Positions 60,772 to 64,000 of a stretch of DNA of 64,000 nucleotides are shown one piece after another. The notes under the pieces were generated by a model, which did no database searches, was not told the origin of the DNA, and saw only the letters and a list, made by a program, of their open reading frames with translations. Positions within the stretch are counted from its first letter, which is position 1, and each line of letters starts with the position of its first letter. The DNA is taken from positions 833,599 to 897,598 of the forward strand of contig OZ244587.1 of the NCBI GenBank assembly GCA_965218095.1, read 5' to 3'. A program made the translations under genes and the position numbers. Source of the stretch: Candidatus Poribacteria bacterium. GTDB lineage: Bacteria; Poribacteria; WGA-4E; PCPOR2b.

Positions 60772-61882
60772 AGGAGAGATAGACCACTTTCTGCTCTTCA
60801 TCACGTTATGCCTCGTCGCAATCGGGGTCGTGATGGTCTACAGTTCAAGCAACATACTTGCTTATGAACTGCATAACGAAAATAGTTATCACTACCTGAG
60901 GGCACAGCTAATCGCCTGTATACTTGGATTGATCAGCATGTTTGCAGCTTCATACTTCCCCTACCAGTATTATCAAAAGTATGCAAAGCAGATTTTATTT
61001 CTGGCGCTGATCAGCCTGCTGCTGGTATTTTCTCCGATTGGGCATGGCATTCGTTCGGTCGATGGCATTAAATTCCATCGATGGATGCGGATTGCTGGAA
61101 TGCAATTTCAGCCGGTTGAGTTGGCAAAACTTGGCCTGGTGATTTATATTTCTCATTTCCTTGTCAGCAAATGCAACCAGATTCGCAGCCTCACTCGCGG
61201 GGTGCTTCCCACCATTTTTATACTTTCTATCACGTTTATTCTCTTGTACAAACAACCGGATTTCGGATCTGCGGTTTTATTAAGTTTAGTGGTCTTTGTG
61301 TTGTTGTTCGTGGGAGGCGCACGTCCATCACAGATCATCCTGGTCATTGGAATTGCCTGTTTCTTTATCTACGCTTCAATCCAGGGCGATGCCTATAAAA
61401 TGCAGCGGATTCATGATTTTCTGAGCGCACTGAAGCCTCCCTATGTGACGAATTATCAAGTCACCCAATCCTTAAATTCACTCGCACTTGGCGGATTATT
61501 CGGCGCAGGCATCGGCAACAGCATTTATAAACTCTTTTATCTTCCCTATCCGCATACGGATTTTATCTTTGCAATTCTCGGTGAAGAACTCGGTTTTATC
61601 GGCGGGTTCGGCGTGATTGTCCTTTTTATGTTGCTCATCTGGAGGGGCATCCATATCGCGCAGCATGCCACTGATGAGTTTGCGGGTTTGGTTGCCATTG
61701 GAATTACCACACTGATTGGATTGCAAACGATTATCAATATTGGCGTGGTAACCAGTGTGTTGCCAACGAAAGGAATTACGCTTCCGTTCATCAGTTACGG
61801 TGGTTCATCGCTCTTAATCAGCTTGGTGAGCGTCGGGATTCTGCTCAATATTTCACGCGGAATGGGAGAGGAGGCCAACTGA
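60713..61882 (+). CDS. ftsW: Peptidoglycan glycosyltransferase FtsW (SEDS family)
   Basis: Ten TM helices; SEDS motifs ...PHTDFIFAILGEELGFIGG... No in-frame ATG after the murD stop. Putative TTG start at 60713 with GGGAGG 12 nt upstream; the ORF-track ATG at 60593 would overlap murD by 179 nt. Confidence 0.85.
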   Translation: MNQQRQAKDPILIWKHYPLKGEIDHFLLFITLCLVAIGVVMVYSSSNILAYELHNENSYHYLRAQLIACILGLISMFAASYFPYQYYQKYAKQILFLALISLLLVFSPIGHGIRSVDGIKFHRWMRIAGMQFQPVELAKLGLVIYISHFLVSKCNQIRSLTRGVLPTIFILSITFILLYKQPDFGSAVLLSLVVFVLLFVGGARPSQIILVIGIACFFIYASIQGDAYKMQRIHDFLSALKPPYVTNYQVTQSLNSLALGGLFGAGIGNSIYKLFYLPYPHTDFIFAILGEELGFIGGFGVIVLFMLLIWRGIHIAQHATDEFAGLVAIGITTLIGLQTIINIGVVTSVLPTKGITLPFISYGGSSLLISLVSVGILLNISRGMGEEAN

Positions 61883-62988
61883 TGTCACTAATCGTGATTT
61901 CAGGCGGCGGCACCGGCGGTCACATTTATCCGGCGATCGGGATTGCTAAAGAACTCACACAACTCGACACGGAGATCGATGTTGTCTTCATCGGTGGGGT
62001 AGACCGCCTTGAATCAACACTTGTTCCGCAGCATGGGTTTCGGTTTCTGCCGATTTCCGTCGCAGGCTTCCCACGAAAGCTAGCGTGGCGGTGGATACCC
62101 GTTATCGGCAAGGTATGCTCTGGCTTTGCGCGATCATTATGGCTGCTCAAAAATTTGAAACCCAGCGTTGTCGTGGGGACAGGTGGTTACGTTTGTGGTC
62201 CGGTACTTTTCGCCGCCGTATTGCTTGGTATTTCCACACTCATACAGGAGCAGAATGCCGCTCCCGGCCTGACAAATCGCATCCTGGCGCGTTGGGCAAA
62301 AGCGATTTATCTCGCATTTGGAACGGCTGCGACGCACTTTCCGGTTCAAAAAACGAAAGTGATAGGCAACCCAATCCGCCGAACGATCGGGGCGGTTGAA
62401 CGGGATTGCCAAACTTACGAAGCACTTGAACTAGATCCAGACCGGAAAACCGTGTTTGTTATGGGCGGCAGTCAAGGTGCACACGCCATTAACCAAACTG
62501 TAATGGATGCCCTGAATGATTTAGAGCCCTTCCATCAGCAACTCCAAATCATCCATCAGACGGGAAAAGCGGATTACAAGGAAGTGAAAGCACGGTACAT
62601 TGCCTCGTCACTGCGATATCTGGTGCAACCGTACTTCGATCCCATTGAGGCAGTTTACAGCATCACTGACTTGATGGTGTGTCGAGCAGGCGGGATGACA
62701 ATCTCCGAGATTACCGCCTGTGGCCTTCCAGCAATTTTTATCCCTTTGCCGACGGCTGCCGGCGATCATCAGACGCTGAACGCCCGGGCAGTTGCAGACG
62801 CAGGTGGGGCAATTGTGTTGAATCAACACATATTGACCGGATCTGAACTGGCTAGGGAAATCGTGCAAATCATCGCCGATCCCCAAAAGCACCAACGCCT
62901 AGCAAACGCAAGCTGCAAGTTAGGCAATCTACACGCTGGCGAAGATATTGCGAAATCGATCTATTCTATCGTAATGCGTAATACGTAA
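61882..62988 (+). CDS. murG: UDP-N-acetylglucosamine--N-acetylmuramyl-(pentapeptide) pyrophosphoryl-undecaprenol N-acetylglucosamine transferase
   Basis: ISGGGTGGHIYPAI ... GGSQGA ... C-terminal GT-B domain. The start overlaps the ftsW stop (ATGA). Confidence 0.92.
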   Translation: MSLIVISGGGTGGHIYPAIGIAKELTQLDTEIDVVFIGGVDRLESTLVPQHGFRFLPISVAGFPRKLAWRWIPVIGKVCSGFARSLWLLKNLKPSVVVGTGGYVCGPVLFAAVLLGISTLIQEQNAAPGLTNRILARWAKAIYLAFGTAATHFPVQKTKVIGNPIRRTIGAVERDCQTYEALELDPDRKTVFVMGGSQGAHAINQTVMDALNDLEPFHQQLQIIHQTGKADYKEVKARYIASSLRYLVQPYFDPIEAVYSITDLMVCRAGGMTISEITACGLPAIFIPLPTAAGDHQTLNARAVADAGGAIVLNQHILTGSELAREIVQIIADPQKHQRLANASCKLGNLHAGEDIAKSIYSIVMRNT

Positions 62989-63011
62989 GGCATTACGCAT
63001 TACGGGAAAAA
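62977..63011 (+). other. Perfect inverted repeat (13-bp arms) overlapping the murG stop codon
   Basis: cgtaatgcgtaat-acgtaaggc-attacgcattacg. The motif CATTACGCATTAC also occurs upstream of the EutN-like gene at 46357-46369. Confidence 0.6.
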
Positions 63012-63070
63012 TGTTTTACGCAATACACCTTACATTTCAATTTCACGTTTCAATCATCACGTATTCTACG

Positions 63071-64000
63071 ATGTTCGGGAAAACACGTCATATTCACATC
63101 ATTGGTATCGGTGGTGCAGGACTCAGCGGGATTGCCGAGATTTTGTTGAGCCTCAACTTTCAGGTGTCCGGATCGGATCTGCACCATACGGAAACCACTG
63201 AACGCCTGGCGGACCTGGGTGCCAAGGTTTATTATGGCCACGCAACTGAACAGATCGGGGGTGCGGACGTTGTCGTCATGTCTCCCGCTGTTCCTCTCCA
63301 GAATCCCGAAGTGATTTCGGCGAAGAAACGCAAGATCCCTGTCATTCGTGGCGCCGAAATGCTCGCAGAAATCATGCAGATGAAATTCAGCGTCGCGATC
63401 AGTGGTACACACGGTAAAACCACAACAACGGCGATGACAGCAGCAGTGCTGGAAAAACTTGATCCAACCGTTGTCGTCGGCGGGAAGCTAGTCAGCCTGG
63501 GCAGCCATGCGCGAATCGGGCATGGGGAAATGATGGTCGTTGAGGCGGACGAGGCCTACGGCTCGATTGAGAAATTCTTCCCGACAATCGCTGTAGTGAC
63601 ATCAATTGATGCTGATCACCTTGACTATTACAACAACGTTGAAGAGATCGGCGAGACGTTTCTAAAATTTATTAACAAAATTCCTTTCTACGGTGCCGCG
63701 GTACTATGCTTGGATCAGGAAAACATCCAGCAACTCATCCCCCGAATCGAAAAACGCTATGTGACCTACGGTATTGAGACGCGCGCAGATTTGATGGCGG
63801 AGCGGTTGCGGGCTGATGGCCCAACTTCGCACTACCGGGTCCGCGCAAACGGGGAGGTTTTAGGAAAAGTTCACCTGAAGATGCCGGGCGACCACAATAT
63901 CTCAAACTCGTTGGGAGCAATCGCTGTTGGACTTGAATTAGGAGTACCATTCGATCAGATTCGAGATGCCCTGGAATCTTTTCGTGGGGTCCACCGTCGT
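63071..64000 (+). CDS. murC: UDP-N-acetylmuramate--L-alanine ligase, partial; continues beyond the window end
   Basis: MFGKTRHIHIIGIGGAGLSGIAEIL...AISGTHGKTTTT...; runs off the 3' edge, so absent from the ORF track. Confidence 0.9.
   Translation, partial: MFGKTRHIHIIGIGGAGLSGIAEILLSLNFQVSGSDLHHTETTERLADLGAKVYYGHATEQIGGADVVVMSPAVPLQNPEVISAKKRKIPVIRGAEMLAEIMQMKFSVAISGTHGKTTTTAMTAAVLEKLDPTVVVGGKLVSLGSHARIGHGEMMVVEADEAYGSIEKFFPTIAVVTSIDADHLDYYNNVEEIGETFLKFINKIPFYGAAVLCLDQENIQQLIPRIEKRYVTYGIETRADLMAERLRADGPTSHYRVRANGEVLGKVHLKMPGDHNISNSLGAIAVGLELGVPFDQIRDALESFRGVHRR

Overview
This is a bacterial chromosomal window with standard genetic code and a clear split between conserved housekeeping clusters and a decaying, IS-ridden accessory region.

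Conserved genes on the minus strand: gltB (C-terminus off the window), then the selenoprotein, a zinc ribbon, mnmE, jag, yidC (IS copy A inserted here), yidD, rnpA, a lipoprotein and an HNH endonuclease. On the plus strand: pdxJ, a HAD hydrolase, an RluB-like pseudouridine synthase, a VWA protein, and at the 3' end a complete dcw cluster (rsmH, ftsL, ftsI, murE, murF, mraY, murD, ftsW, murG, murC off the edge). ftsE, topA and an MFS transporter complete the core set.

The accessory part (about 20.6-47.3 kb) contains:
- three copies of an IS5-family element: A intact at 12199-13040, B degenerate at 20644-21476, C at 38623-40582 interrupted by a nested 1.1-kb IS;
- IS982-like elements (one inside a purple-acid-phosphatase gene), an IS4-like transposase remnant, and a 24-bp palindrome of fused IS ends;
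- a decayed glycoside-hydrolase pseudogene with four in-frame stops;
- an integrase plus ribbon-helix-helix (RHH) module with an adjacent att-like inverted repeat, and a GIY-YIG remnant;
- a GC-rich block of Gfo/Idh/MocA oxidoreductases, a D-aminoacylase and an SDR dehydrogenase.

Notable calls:
- A secreted thioredoxin-like/TPR fusion (6748-7647, minus) carries an in-frame TGA exactly at the first Cys of the CGWC redox motif; I call it a candidate selenoprotein (U-G-W-C).
- An orphan EutN/CcmL microcompartment vertex gene is coupled to a BrnA-like antitoxin gene.
- An NtrC-family regulator lacks the GAFTGA sigma-54 contact motif.
- There may be a 6S RNA upstream of the 5-formyl-THF cyclo-ligase gene.

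Caveat: all six frameshifts I could localise are single missing bases inside homopolymer runs. That points to sequencing or assembly error, so several apparent pseudogenes are probably intact.
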